Assembly: GCA_016839555.1 (NCBI GenBank) | Contig: JAEOUA010000003.1 | Coordinates: forward strand, 192,001 to 256,000 | DNA: 64,000 bases | Direction: 5' to 3' | From: Promethearchaeota archaeon | GTDB lineage: Archaea > Asgardarchaeota > Lokiarchaeia > Sigyniarchaeales > SOKP01 | Part shown: one piece after another, positions 49,393 through 59,755 of the stretch | How positions within the stretch are numbered: the first letter of the stretch is position 1 | Layout: every line of letters starts with the position of its first letter | Program-made: the position numbers and the translations under genes | Notes under the pieces: generated by a model | The model's database searches: none | What the model saw: the letters and a program-made list of their open reading frames with translations, nothing else | Told to the model about the DNA's origin: nothing

Positions 49393-50775
49393 TTAATTCT
49401 TACGATCACTTCCTATTATTTGCACATTTTCTATTTTAACGTAAGGAGCTTTATATTGGCCGTACGCTTTAGATTGCTTCGATATTGCGGAAATATTGTT
49501 AAATAAATCAAAAAGATTAATTCCTAACATTGTTTCATTTAATGGGTGCTTTATCTCACCATCTATAATTAAATTGCCGTGAAGTATTAATCCTGAAAAA
49601 TCACCTGTTGAGATATTTGGGGAATCTCCAGTATAATCAAGCAGAATTCCTTTCGATATATCTTGAAAAATTTCTTGCTTTGAGGAATTTCCCGAAGTAA
49701 GGATAAAATTATTTACTCCAATTCCTGGAGGAGATGTATAAGAAGAGCGAATAGCATTTCCTGTACTTTCAACACCTTCTTTTGCCGCAGTATAACTATT
49801 ATGAAGTAATCCATCATTTAAGAATTTTCCATCATTAATTATAGTTTTATTTCTACAAGGTACTCCTTCATCATCCGATATTGAGGATCCAATAGAGCCA
49901 TCAATCAAACCATTATCTTCTATAGTAATTAATTCTGAACCAATTTTATCACCTTTATGTCCAACTAGGAAACTTCTTTTATATTGAAAGTTTTCTGCAT
50001 TTATCGCTAAAGAAATTGGTTTTAAAATTAGGCTAATAGTGCTTCTAGGGGTTAAAATAACAGGAACCTTCATGCTTTTTATTTTTTTTCTTTTAAGATT
50101 TCTTTTTGCAGATTTTAAAGCATTCTGAGCGACCTTTTTGGCATCTAAATCTTTTAAATTTCTTATAAGCTGCCAATCATCTCCATAAGAAGTTTCTTTG
50201 GTTGTTTTGTCTTTAGCAATTATATTCGAAATTATCGAACAAATAGTTTCCTTACGAGATATATCTATTCCATTAGAATTAAGAATAAATATTTCAGAAC
50301 AATTTGTTTTAAATTCAGCTGATTGAGAGATTGCTGATTCATCATTCTTGCACACATCGATAACATCTTGAATATATTCTGAAGCATCCTCAATTTCTAA
50401 ATTCTTAATATTTTTATCATAGAGATTATTTATTTTAGGATATTTCTTATGTTTTTCAGGAAGATTCTTGAAATCGATGTCAGGTGTGGCTCCTTTCATT
50501 AATTTAATTGCTTTTTTAACCATTTCATCAAGCTTTTTCTTGTCAAATTTATTAGTAAATGAAAAGCCACACGCACCATTTTTATCAAATATTCGTATAG
50601 AAATTCCATTTTCAAAACCTAATTTACTATATTTAATCGAATTCTCTTCTATATCAACATTCAAATATTGATCTTTATTTAGATAAGCCTCTGAACATTT
50701 TATATTAGTATTTTTCGTTTCTACTAAATTAATTACTTTTTGAACTAATCGATGAGGATCAAATTCATTATTCAT
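49393..50775 (-). CDS. TldE/PmbA family protein
   Basis: DDEGVP, STGNAIR and NISTGDFS; no HExxH-type motif. Confidence 0.85.
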   Translation of the reverse strand: MNNEFDPHRLVQKVINLVETKNTNIKCSEAYLNKDQYLNVDIEENSIKYSKLGFENGISIRIFDKNGACGFSFTNKFDKKKLDEMVKKAIKLMKGATPDIDFKNLPEKHKKYPKINNLYDKNIKNLEIEDASEYIQDVIDVCKNDESAISQSAEFKTNCSEIFILNSNGIDISRKETICSIISNIIAKDKTTKETSYGDDWQLIRNLKDLDAKKVAQNALKSAKRNLKRKKIKSMKVPVILTPRSTISLILKPISLAINAENFQYKRSFLVGHKGDKIGSELITIEDNGLIDGSIGSSISDDEGVPCRNKTIINDGKFLNDGLLHNSYTAAKEGVESTGNAIRSSYTSPPGIGVNNFILTSGNSSKQEIFQDISKGILLDYTGDSPNISTGDFSGLILHGNLIIDGEIKHPLNETMLGINLFDLFNNISAISKQSKAYGQYKAPYVKIENVQIIGSDRKN

Positions 50776-52220
50776 TAATTTAAACCCCCGATAGTTACAT
50801 CCTTTACTCGAACAAATGGGCCACCATCACATACTCTTACTCTTTGTCCTCCTTTTCCACATATACCATCTGAATAATCTAATTCTTTCCCAATCGCAGT
50901 TATTTTATTAAGAATTTCTAATGTCATACCAGATAATGAAACATCTCTCATCATTTTTGTTTTTTCTCCATGTTCTATTCGATACGATAATTTACATTTA
51001 AATTGAAAATTTCCAGAAGCGGGGTCTGTATACCCATATTGAAACGCCTCGCAAAAGATGCCGTCATCAATTTCCTCAATCATATCTTCAAGTTTCCAGT
51101 CTTCTGGACTTAAAACCGTTATTCCCATTCTTACTTGAGGGTATGAGCTGACAGAAGATGCTCGTCCATGTCCATTTGGACTTTCATTCATCCTTGATGC
51201 AGTCTCTAAGCTATGAAGATAATTTTTTAATATCCCATTTTCGATTATTTTTGTTTTTTGAGAAGGAACACCTTCATCATCAAACATATAGGAACCAAAT
51301 AATTCATAAGGTAAATTATTTTTCTTTCCACTCCCAATTCTTGGGTCATCTGTGATTGTAACTTCTTCAAGAGCCACTTTTTCTCCAATTTTTCCCTCTA
51401 ATATGCTCTCTTTATTAAGAATATGATCAGCTTCTACGGCATGGCCAAAAGCTTCATGAATAAAAGTTCCTGTTAATTCAGGATCCATTATTATTGTGAA
51501 TTTTCCTCCTTTAGGTGATTTAGCGTCCAATAATTCTATTGCTTCCTTAGCAGATTTGAAACTAATGTTTTTCGCTTTTTTAGTATCATGCAATTCAAAT
51601 CCACCTAAACCACCAATAGAATTTACACTTTTTTGAATCAATCCATTTTTTTGAGCATATACAACACAAAATAATCGTGAAATTGGTTCTTTTTGATATA
51701 TTTTGGAACCAAAGGAATTTAAAAATAAATTTTTACTAATTGAATCATAATAAAGCGAATGAGTATTTTTAATCTGAGAATCGTATTGATTCGCAATATC
51801 TTCATGATTTTTAACTAATTCAATTTTTTCAGAGATATCAACATTCTCTAAATCTTTTTTAGTTTCCAATTCAAACTTGAATGTTATTGGATCTCTTTCT
51901 TTTATTTTATAATTCATGTTTGTTTGAGATTCTGATAAGATCGCTAATTTTATTGCTTTTTCGAATCCCAATTCTATTGATTTTCTGGAAATATCTTCAA
52001 GAGAAAAAAAACCCCATCCGCCGTTATAAAAAGTTCTGATACCACAGCTCTCTTTTTGATAGGTCGATAATTCTTTACTTTTATTATCAGTGAATTCCAC
52101 CGTTACCCCTGTTTTGATGGCTGTTCTAATATCCCAATAGTCTAATTTATTTCGAGATAACTCATCTAATCTTTTTATTAAATTATCATCAAAGATTTTT
52201 AATTCGTCTATTAGGTCCAT
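50775..52220 (-). CDS. tldD: TldD family metalloprotease
   Basis: HEAFGHAVEAD, FDDEG, NGHGRA and CGKGGQ. Confidence 0.9.
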   Translation of the reverse strand: MDLIDELKIFDDNLIKRLDELSRNKLDYWDIRTAIKTGVTVEFTDNKSKELSTYQKESCGIRTFYNGGWGFFSLEDISRKSIELGFEKAIKLAILSESQTNMNYKIKERDPITFKFELETKKDLENVDISEKIELVKNHEDIANQYDSQIKNTHSLYYDSISKNLFLNSFGSKIYQKEPISRLFCVVYAQKNGLIQKSVNSIGGLGGFELHDTKKAKNISFKSAKEAIELLDAKSPKGGKFTIIMDPELTGTFIHEAFGHAVEADHILNKESILEGKIGEKVALEEVTITDDPRIGSGKKNNLPYELFGSYMFDDEGVPSQKTKIIENGILKNYLHSLETASRMNESPNGHGRASSVSSYPQVRMGITVLSPEDWKLEDMIEEIDDGIFCEAFQYGYTDPASGNFQFKCKLSYRIEHGEKTKMMRDVSLSGMTLEILNKITAIGKELDYSDGICGKGGQRVRVCDGGPFVRVKDVTIGGLN

Positions 52221-52445
52221 AAAATTGATACAAAAAGATAATTTATTATTATTTTTTTTGTCTGATATAGTTATAAAAATTAATACAAAATAAAAGTTAC
52301 TTTTTTATCATTTATTAATTCTTAAGGTATTTAATAAGAGACTTTTTTCTTTCATAAATTATTAGACTTAATATAAAAATATTTAAATTTACCAACAGAC
52401 TATTATGAGAAAAAAAATTTAAGAGATTTGTTTTTTCTCTATTCT

Positions 52446-53750
52446 CTACTTAAAAGGATTCTTACCTCCTAAGATTTTTTCCTGATATTTTTTTAAGGAA
52501 GGAGGACATAGTCCTTTTTCTGTTGCGATTTTTTTAAGGTTTTTCATCATTTCCGCTAAATCAACTCCTGAAGGGCACCAATTAGTACAATTACTACAGC
52601 CAGTGCATAAAAATAATCCATCTTTTACAGCTTCCTCTATTCCATTATGAATATAATCGCGTACGATATTTAGGCCCCCAATACCATATTTAGAAGCATA
52701 GACATTTCCAAAAGCCCGAGAAGCGGTACAAACAAAATCACAAGATTTACAGGAAATACATTTTAACATATCTTTATAGAAAAGATCTTCTTTCGCCGCT
52801 TTAGTTCTCCAATCATCTACTAGAATTACCACAACTTCCTTAGCACCATACATTCCAAAAACTCGAGTGCCTCGAATATCTGAAGTTCCAGAAGGAGCTG
52901 TAATAACACTAATATAACCTGCATCGACGTTTGTAATTCTTTCTTGAATCTTACCCACCATAAATGCATCATATTCATCGGGTACAATCTTTGAAATTCC
53001 CGCTACCACGATATGTTTATCCACGGCTCTTGTCAATAGACTAATGTTTCCTTCATTTTCAAGTAAAAAAATAGTTCCGTCATGAGCAGAAATAGCGTTT
53101 GCGGATGTTAAAGATATTTTTACATCATTAAGTAATTCTGGTCGATAATTCTCTCTATAAAATTGTACAATTTTCTCTGGATCTGGTTCCAGTTCTACTC
53201 CATATTTTTCTTTTATTTTCGCAACGATTTCTTCTTCAGAAAATTGAACACCTGGAGCTAAAGTAAAGCTGGGATATTCATATTCAAATAGTTGACATAG
53301 TACATCTCCAAGATCTGTTTCTTTTATTTCAATATTATTTTCTTTCAAAACATCCATAATTCCAATATCTTTAGCTTCGAGAGATTTTGATTTGTAAATG
53401 ATCTTCGCATCTCCTAATTCTTTCATAAAGGCTTCTTGTGCTTCTTCATTAGTCTTGGCATAATAAACTTTAAATTTATTGGTTTTTTCCATAACATTGA
53501 TACATTTTTCAACATATTCATCTATATTTTCTACAAATTTTTCTTTTGCTTCAATTATAGCTGGTTTATATTTTTCTATATATTCTCTGCTGGTATCTTC
53601 ATATAAATATCGTAAATCATATGATCTATATTTTCCAAGGCAAGCCAATCTCCAAATTTCCGCGAATTTTGCATATTCTGAGTCTTTATCTTTTAGAGCT
53701 TCTATTTTCTGTTGTACATGTTCATATAATTCTTTTCCTTTTTCACTCAT
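52446..53750 (-). CDS. LutB/LldF-like lactate utilization Fe-S protein
   Basis: KSKS, ETDLG, ENEGN, GISKIV, CISCKSC and CTGCSNC..CP. Confidence 0.8.
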   Translation of the reverse strand: MSEKGKELYEHVQQKIEALKDKDSEYAKFAEIWRLACLGKYRSYDLRYLYEDTSREYIEKYKPAIIEAKEKFVENIDEYVEKCINVMEKTNKFKVYYAKTNEEAQEAFMKELGDAKIIYKSKSLEAKDIGIMDVLKENNIEIKETDLGDVLCQLFEYEYPSFTLAPGVQFSEEEIVAKIKEKYGVELEPDPEKIVQFYRENYRPELLNDVKISLTSANAISAHDGTIFLLENEGNISLLTRAVDKHIVVAGISKIVPDEYDAFMVGKIQERITNVDAGYISVITAPSGTSDIRGTRVFGMYGAKEVVVILVDDWRTKAAKEDLFYKDMLKCISCKSCDFVCTASRAFGNVYASKYGIGGLNIVRDYIHNGIEEAVKDGLFLCTGCSNCTNWCPSGVDLAEMMKNLKKIATEKGLCPPSLKKYQEKILGGKNPFK

Positions 53751-54486
53751 TCAAGGGATCAACTCCATTTATTATTTTCATTAGAAAATCTTCAAATTTC
53801 AAAACAGGTTTCTTAATATTATTTTCATTTTTTATTCGTTTAAATGCGGTATAACAAAATGGACAAGCTGTTAGAAGGATTTTACCTCTTCTCATTTGAT
53901 CAAAAATCGTTTTGGTGTTATAATCACTATTTTCTTTAAATATAGAATATACTCCTCCTCCCGATCCGCAACAAATACTATTTAATTTATTGTTTTCCAT
54001 TTCATGAAGTTTTATATTCTTGATTGATTCAATAATTTTCCTAGGTTCGTCTATAATTGGAACAACCGCATTTCGCAGATGGCATCCATCATGATAACAA
54101 ACATACATTTTTTTTCCATCATATTTTAGATTTAATTTGCTTAAATTCTCTGGTTTTGCTAAAAATTGTAATAAATGTTCAACATCCACTTTAAAATTAT
54201 CTCCTAAAAGTTTAGGGTAATATCTTGTTAAATATTGATAACAACCAGCACAAATTGTAGTAATTTTATCTATATCATTTTCTTGAAACCAAGTATTAAC
54301 AAAATCCGCATGTTTTTTCATTTCCTCTTCTTTTGTAATATGGTAAGCGAGAGCGCCACAACATGGAACCTCTTCTAGCACTTCATATTCTTCATCAATT
54401 AAATTTATTAATTTAATACCATTTTCACAGGTATCTTTATATTTTGAGGAGCTGAGACACCCTAAATAAATCAATTTTCTTCCCAT
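53743..54486 (-). CDS. CCG-domain Fe-S protein (LutA/LldE/GlcF-like)
   Basis: CCG twice, CAGC, YHDGCHL and TACPFC. Confidence 0.82.
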   Translation of the reverse strand: MGRKLIYLGCLSSSKYKDTCENGIKLINLIDEEYEVLEEVPCCGALAYHITKEEEMKKHADFVNTWFQENDIDKITTICAGCYQYLTRYYPKLLGDNFKVDVEHLLQFLAKPENLSKLNLKYDGKKMYVCYHDGCHLRNAVVPIIDEPRKIIESIKNIKLHEMENNKLNSICCGSGGGVYSIFKENSDYNTKTIFDQMRRGKILLTACPFCYTAFKRIKNENNIKKPVLKFEDFLMKIINGVDPLNE

Positions 54487-54868
54487 CTAAAAATTCACTT
54501 TTTATTTTTTTAAACTATTTCTAATTAATAATTTAACTCAGATTCTTATAATTATAAATTTTATATAACTTTCATCATTTAGGTTGATAATATTAATTTA
54601 AAGATCAAATTTCCACTGCTATAGATAATATTTTAAAGATTTAATAAGAAATAGAAAAAGATTAACCATTTCTTCGGTTTAATGATAATTCTTATTTAAG
54701 ATATGGGTTATTATTTGAACAAATATTAATAAATCTCTGTGATTAGAAAATATAAAAGTAAACAATTTTATTATGAATTAATTAAAAATTAATAAAATAA
54801 AAAGTAAAAATTTCGAATTAAAACAATATATTTTCAAATCATTAGAAAATTGATGGAGCTGAAATAAT

Positions 54869-55150
54869 ATTCCAAAATTAATTGAAAATAAAGAAAAAAA
54901 TTTTACTCTTTTCCTCAATAAACAGAGATGTGGGGGATGTAATGCTTGCATATCGTTATGTCCAACTGGAATTCTTGAACAGGGTGAAGAATTAAATGTG
55001 CGTATAGCATATGTCCCTAGAGTTAAAGAGGGAAAAGAGAAATATTGTACTGGTTGCAGAAGATGTGAATTTGGTTGTCCCGATTGGGCAATTTATATAT
55101 TAAAAATTAAAGAAGAAAATCAACAAGAGCCTGAAAAGGCTCAAACATAA
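54869..55150 (+). CDS. 2-oxoacid:ferredoxin oxidoreductase delta (ferredoxin) subunit; not in the ORF track, probable ATT start
   Basis: IPKLIENKEKNFTLFLNKQRCGGCNACISLCP...CTGCRRCEFGCPDWAI...; stop at 55150, just before the alpha subunit. Confidence 0.85.
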   Translation: MPKLIENKEKNFTLFLNKQRCGGCNACISLCPTGILEQGEELNVRIAYVPRVKEGKEKYCTGCRRCEFGCPDWAIYILKIKEENQQEPEKAQT

Positions 55151-55154
55151 TGAG

Positions 55155-56336
55155 GTGAATAAATTGAGTATTGAAGAAGAGAAGCGATTTTTATCACCTG
55201 GAAAACATTTAATGATGGGGAATGAAGCGATGAGTGAAGGAGCAATAACCGCAGGACTTAAATTTTTCGGGGGATATCCAATCACTCCTAGTACTGAGGT
55301 AATTGAGCATTTGGCTAAACGATTACCGGAAGTAGGTGGATGTTGCATGCAAATGGAGGATGAACTTGCATCAATTAATTCAGTTATAGGAGCATCTCTG
55401 GTTGGGGTAAAGGCTATGACAGCAACTTCTGGTCCTGGATTGTCTTTAATGGCCGAGACTATTTCCATGGCAGCCAATTTAGAGGTTCCCTTTGTATTCT
55501 GTGATGTGCAAAGAAATGGTCCGGGGACTGGTTATGTGACTGAACCACACCATAATGATATTGGATTTATTAGATTTTCAGGTAATGGAGAATTTCAAGT
55601 TATTGCTTTAGCTCCCATGACATGTCAAGAATTATTTGATTTAACAATTACAGCATTTAATTTTGCAGAAACATATCGTTGCCCTGTTTTTATACTCTCC
55701 GATGCCTATTTAGGTCATTTACATGAAGTTGTAAATGTTCCTTCTAAAGAAGAATTGCAAAAAAGAATTATTGAGAGAAAATTGCCAGAAGATACCTCGG
55801 GAAGAATGTTTTCTTATCAAGACAATGTATCGGGTGAATATATAATTCCAAAACCTCCACAAATGGGAACAGAATATTGTCCAGGATTATTTCTTCATCA
55901 ACCACATGGTCCGGACGGATTACCAACCCCAAAACCAATGGAGTTTATACAAGTTATTATGGAGAAAATAAACACAAATAAAGATAAAATATGTCTCATA
56001 GATAAGTATTTGTTAGATGATGCAGAAATAGTTATTATTTCATATGGATTACCTGTGAGAGCAAGCTATCGCGCAGTGGATATTGCCCGAAAGGAAGGAA
56101 TAAAGGTTGGGATTTTTAGATTAATTACTGTATGGCCGTTTCCCGAAGAAAAAGTGAGAGAAATTGTAAAAAATGCAAAAGCTGTAATTGTACCTGAACT
56201 AAATTATACAGGCTATATTGCAGAACAAATAGAAAGAGTCACTAATATTGAAACCCCAGTGATTAAAATTCCGAATGTATGTGAATTTCATCATCCAGAT
56301 CTAATTCTTAAACATATAAAGGAGGTGGCAAAATAA
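55155..56336 (+). CDS. 2-oxoacid:ferredoxin oxidoreductase alpha subunit (KorA-like)
   Basis: GNEA, GYPITPS, QMEDE, TATSGPG, QRNGP and WPFP. Confidence 0.92.
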   Translation: MNKLSIEEEKRFLSPGKHLMMGNEAMSEGAITAGLKFFGGYPITPSTEVIEHLAKRLPEVGGCCMQMEDELASINSVIGASLVGVKAMTATSGPGLSLMAETISMAANLEVPFVFCDVQRNGPGTGYVTEPHHNDIGFIRFSGNGEFQVIALAPMTCQELFDLTITAFNFAETYRCPVFILSDAYLGHLHEVVNVPSKEELQKRIIERKLPEDTSGRMFSYQDNVSGEYIIPKPPQMGTEYCPGLFLHQPHGPDGLPTPKPMEFIQVIMEKINTNKDKICLIDKYLLDDAEIVIISYGLPVRASYRAVDIARKEGIKVGIFRLITVWPFPEEKVREIVKNAKAVIVPELNYTGYIAEQIERVTNIETPVIKIPNVCEFHHPDLILKHIKEVAK

Positions 56337-56337
56337 A

Positions 56338-57261
56338 ATGTCTGGTATAGGTCCAATGTATCCTCAAGAAAAACCAGAACATCCGTATTTAGATAAATCA
56401 TATGCAGGATATTTAATTGGTAATTATTCTTCACGATTTTGTGCAGGATGTGGCTATGGAATTATTGCACAACTCTATACCCGAACCTTTGAAGATGAAG
56501 GATTAGATCCTAAGAAATTTCCTTTAATTGTAGGGATAGGTTGCTATAGTCAGATAATGTTACTGGTCCATTATTCTGCACAGAAGGTTCTAACTTTGCA
56601 TGGTAGAGCACCAGCAATTGCTACTGGGATAAAGATGGGAAATCCAGAAATGAAACCAATCATTTTTTCAGGTGACGGGGATGCATTAGGAATAGGAGGA
56701 AATCATTTCATACATTTATGCAGAAGAAACTTGGATGCTGTTATATTTATTTTTAATAATAGCATATATGCTATGACAGGAGGACAAGGAGCACCTACAA
56801 CGCTTTGGGGAGCAGAGAGTACCACGACTCCCTATAAGATGTTTGAAAATCGTATAGATGGAGTAGATTTAGCACTAGCTGCTGGTGCTACCTATGTTGC
56901 ACGTACTACCGTAGCTCATCCAAGAACATTCATGAAATATTTCAAAAAAGGTTTAAATCATAAAGGTACATCAGTTATTGAAGTTATTGTACCTTGTGTG
57001 ACCTATTTTGGCAGAAAAAATGTCAATACTTTGGGATCTGAATATTCTGAATTACAAGAAGAAGCTGAAAAGATGGAGACCGCAGGAAAGATGATAGATT
57101 GGATAAAGAAAAACACAGTAAGAATAAATCAAGCACAATTTATGACTGAAAAAGAGTTATTTAATAAATATATAATAGGTGAATTTCGTTATGATCCTGA
57201 TAAACCAGAATATTCCGATCAATATAATAGTATTATAAAAATCGCACAAGGAAGGGAATAA
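56338..57261 (+). CDS. 2-oxoacid:ferredoxin oxidoreductase beta subunit (TPP-binding)
   Basis: FCAGCG, GIGC, HGRA, GDGD..IGGNH and NNSIYAMTGGQ. Confidence 0.92.
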   Translation: MSGIGPMYPQEKPEHPYLDKSYAGYLIGNYSSRFCAGCGYGIIAQLYTRTFEDEGLDPKKFPLIVGIGCYSQIMLLVHYSAQKVLTLHGRAPAIATGIKMGNPEMKPIIFSGDGDALGIGGNHFIHLCRRNLDAVIFIFNNSIYAMTGGQGAPTTLWGAESTTTPYKMFENRIDGVDLALAAGATYVARTTVAHPRTFMKYFKKGLNHKGTSVIEVIVPCVTYFGRKNVNTLGSEYSELQEEAEKMETAGKMIDWIKKNTVRINQAQFMTEKELFNKYIIGEFRYDPDKPEYSDQYNSIIKIAQGRE

Positions 57262-57263
57262 AC

Positions 57264-57863
57264 ATGGCGAGATATGAAATTCGTATTGTAGGATTTGGAG
57301 GGCAAGGTGTTATTACATTAAGTAAAATGATAATAACAGCATCTTCTCTTTATGATGGATTAGCCGCAACTCAAACAGAAGCCTATAGCGCTGCCGCAAG
57401 AGGAGGAAAATGTTGGGCAGAAATAGTGGTAGATTTGGACGAAACTCAAAAACTTATTGATTATCCAAAAGCTTTAGAACCTTATGATTTTTTAATCATT
57501 CTCTCAGATGAAGGGGCATCTGATGTAAAGAAAAGTGATTTAAAAAAAGGTAAAAATACAGGATACCTTATTTGGGATACATCAACAATCAAGAAGTTTC
57601 GAACGGCTAAAAGAGTGAAATCTTTTGGTTTTCCAGTTCAAAAAACATCCTTAGAAAAATTTGGTAATACCGTCTTTGGAAATTCCATTCTATTTGGTGC
57701 ATTTACTGCTATTTCAAAAATATTCTCGGAAGATTCAGCTATTAAAACAATTAAGCGTTTTGTACCATCAGGCACACTTGAAACTAATTTAAAAGCGTTT
57801 GAATTAGGAAAAGAAGAAGCAGAAAAATTTCTCATAGAATTAGATGAAAATGGAGGAAAATAA
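57264..57863 (+). CDS. 2-oxoacid:ferredoxin oxidoreductase gamma subunit
   Basis: GFGGQGV, AARGG, NSILFG and NLKAFELG. Confidence 0.9.
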   Translation: MARYEIRIVGFGGQGVITLSKMIITASSLYDGLAATQTEAYSAAARGGKCWAEIVVDLDETQKLIDYPKALEPYDFLIILSDEGASDVKKSDLKKGKNTGYLIWDTSTIKKFRTAKRVKSFGFPVQKTSLEKFGNTVFGNSILFGAFTAISKIFSEDSAIKTIKRFVPSGTLETNLKAFELGKEEAEKFLIELDENGGK

Positions 57864-59688
57864 AATGTTCTTGAAAAGAATAAAAAAAGGCTGGAAAGAA
57901 TTAGAGACAGAAATAATAGAATCAGGTAAATGTGTTTATTGTGGAGCGTGTGGAGCATTTTGCGCCAATATAAAATTTAATCAGGAGAGGGAGGAACCTT
58001 ATGATGATGGTTCTTGTGAGGAAATGAATACCTGTAGGGATGGTTATGGAGTCTGTTATAATTTATGTCCCAAAACCGGAACTGATATTATCCCTCTGGA
58101 TTTATTGGATAAATGGGTTTTTGAAAAAGAACATGATAAAATTTTAGGTCATTATAAAGATATTTTATCGGTTAAAGTTGAAGATTCTTTTAAACAAAAG
58201 TTTGATGATAACAACGCAGATCCAATAACTGCTCTATTAGCCGTTGCTATGGAAAATAATGAGATCGATTGCGCAATATTAAATAAAACAGATGAATTAT
58301 ATAGACCCGTCCCTTATATAGCAAAGAAAAAGGATGATTTAAAATCGTTTGTAAATAATAACCTAAGTCAAGCACCCACTTTATCTCTGATTGGTGAGGC
58401 AATAAATGAAGGATATGTAAATATTGCTGTTGTTGGAAATCCTTGTCAAATTCAAGGTGTAAGAAAAATTCAAAACCATCCGAGATTTGATTTTGAAGCT
58501 TATGATTTGATTTCTTTAGCCATAGGAACATTTTGTTTTGGAAAATTCCAAAATGAACAATTATCAAAGATTCTTCAAGAACATGATATCGATCGAAAAA
58601 ATATTAGAAAAACAGAAAAAGATGAAAACAATTTCAAAATAAGGATTATTACAAATAATGGAACAAAAGAAATTAGATTGAATCAATTGTATGATAGTTC
58701 CATTCGAAATGCTTGTTTTTCTTGCTCTGATTATACTGCTTCCTTTGCAGATATCTCTGTTGATAGTATTGGAAGTGAAAATGGATGGACCACCGTAATA
58801 ATCAGAACCAAAAAAGGTCAAAGTATTTTTGTTTCTGCAGTAAAGAAAGGATATTTCAAAACAAAAGAGTTGGAGCAAGATAAGAGGGAATTAATATTAG
58901 ATATTACCAGAGCGAGTGTTGATATCGTAGAAATTGAGGATATAATAGAGCATTCCCCCAATATTAAGAGTTTTTGGATCCGAAATCCCCGAATAGCAAA
59001 AGCTTATAGACCAGGAAATTTTGTAATTCTCTGGATACCAGATGTTGATTTCTTGCCAATGTCTATTTCGAATGTTAAAGGAAGTCTTTTAGAAATAACA
59101 GTTGAGAGAATAGGAGAAGGAACCTCAAAATTATTTGATATGAAGAAAGATGATAAACTAGGAATACGAGGACCCTTTGGAAATAGTTGGAATTATGAAG
59201 ATGCTTCAAATATCCTTGTAATTGGAGGAGGATTAGGAGTTCCTGCTCTATCAACGGTGATCCAACCATTAAAATTAAACAATAAGAATGTTTTTGTAGC
59301 TATCGGAGCAAAAAATCAAGCATCATTACTGTTTGAAGAAAGATTTAAAGAATTGATACCAAATACTTTATGTACTACAGATGATGGTTCTGTTGGTAGA
59401 AAATGCTATGTTACCGATCCAATTGAAGAAATAATTGATCAAAATAACATAGATCTCATTTTAACTTGTGGACCAGAAGTTATGATGAAAAAAATATTAG
59501 AAATAGCAAATAGGAAAGGAATTGAAATACAAGCATCATTAGAAAGGAAAATGAAGTGTGGTGTAGGATTATGCGGATCTTGTTGTATAGGAGTGAAAAA
59601 TGATATAACTGTTTGTAAAGATGGTCCTATTTTCAATTCAGAACAATTAAATAGCTTTCCACAATTTGGCACATACAAGAAGGAATAA
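57844..59688 (+). CDS. FrhB-like domain fused to a PyrK/HydG-like FAD/NAD/[2Fe-2S] domain
   Basis: CVYCGAC, VGNPCQ, IGTFC, CFSC.D..ADIS; then RGPFGN, GGGLG, CGPEVM, MKCGVGLCGSC and VCKDGP. Confidence 0.85.
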   Translation: MKMEENKMFLKRIKKGWKELETEIIESGKCVYCGACGAFCANIKFNQEREEPYDDGSCEEMNTCRDGYGVCYNLCPKTGTDIIPLDLLDKWVFEKEHDKILGHYKDILSVKVEDSFKQKFDDNNADPITALLAVAMENNEIDCAILNKTDELYRPVPYIAKKKDDLKSFVNNNLSQAPTLSLIGEAINEGYVNIAVVGNPCQIQGVRKIQNHPRFDFEAYDLISLAIGTFCFGKFQNEQLSKILQEHDIDRKNIRKTEKDENNFKIRIITNNGTKEIRLNQLYDSSIRNACFSCSDYTASFADISVDSIGSENGWTTVIIRTKKGQSIFVSAVKKGYFKTKELEQDKRELILDITRASVDIVEIEDIIEHSPNIKSFWIRNPRIAKAYRPGNFVILWIPDVDFLPMSISNVKGSLLEITVERIGEGTSKLFDMKKDDKLGIRGPFGNSWNYEDASNILVIGGGLGVPALSTVIQPLKLNNKNVFVAIGAKNQASLLFEERFKELIPNTLCTTDDGSVGRKCYVTDPIEEIIDQNNIDLILTCGPEVMMKKILEIANRKGIEIQASLERKMKCGVGLCGSCCIGVKNDITVCKDGPIFNSEQLNSFPQFGTYKKE

Positions 59689-59755
59689 TTTTTTTTCTTT
59701 ATTTTATTATTAGGTTCAATGATGAGTTTTCCCGAGGGATAATCAAAAACAATCA

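Noticed and set aside
54661-54683. CTTCGG tetraloop-like hairpin in the divergent intergenic region
   Set aside because: The stem next to the loop does not pair.
54851-54862. In-frame TGA codons upstream of the ferredoxin subunit as selenocysteine
   Set aside because: They are not at Cys-motif positions, they overlap the SD-like sequence, and no convincing SECIS was seen.
57844-59688. F420-reducing hydrogenase
   Set aside because: No NiFe large or small subunit and no maturation genes are adjacent.
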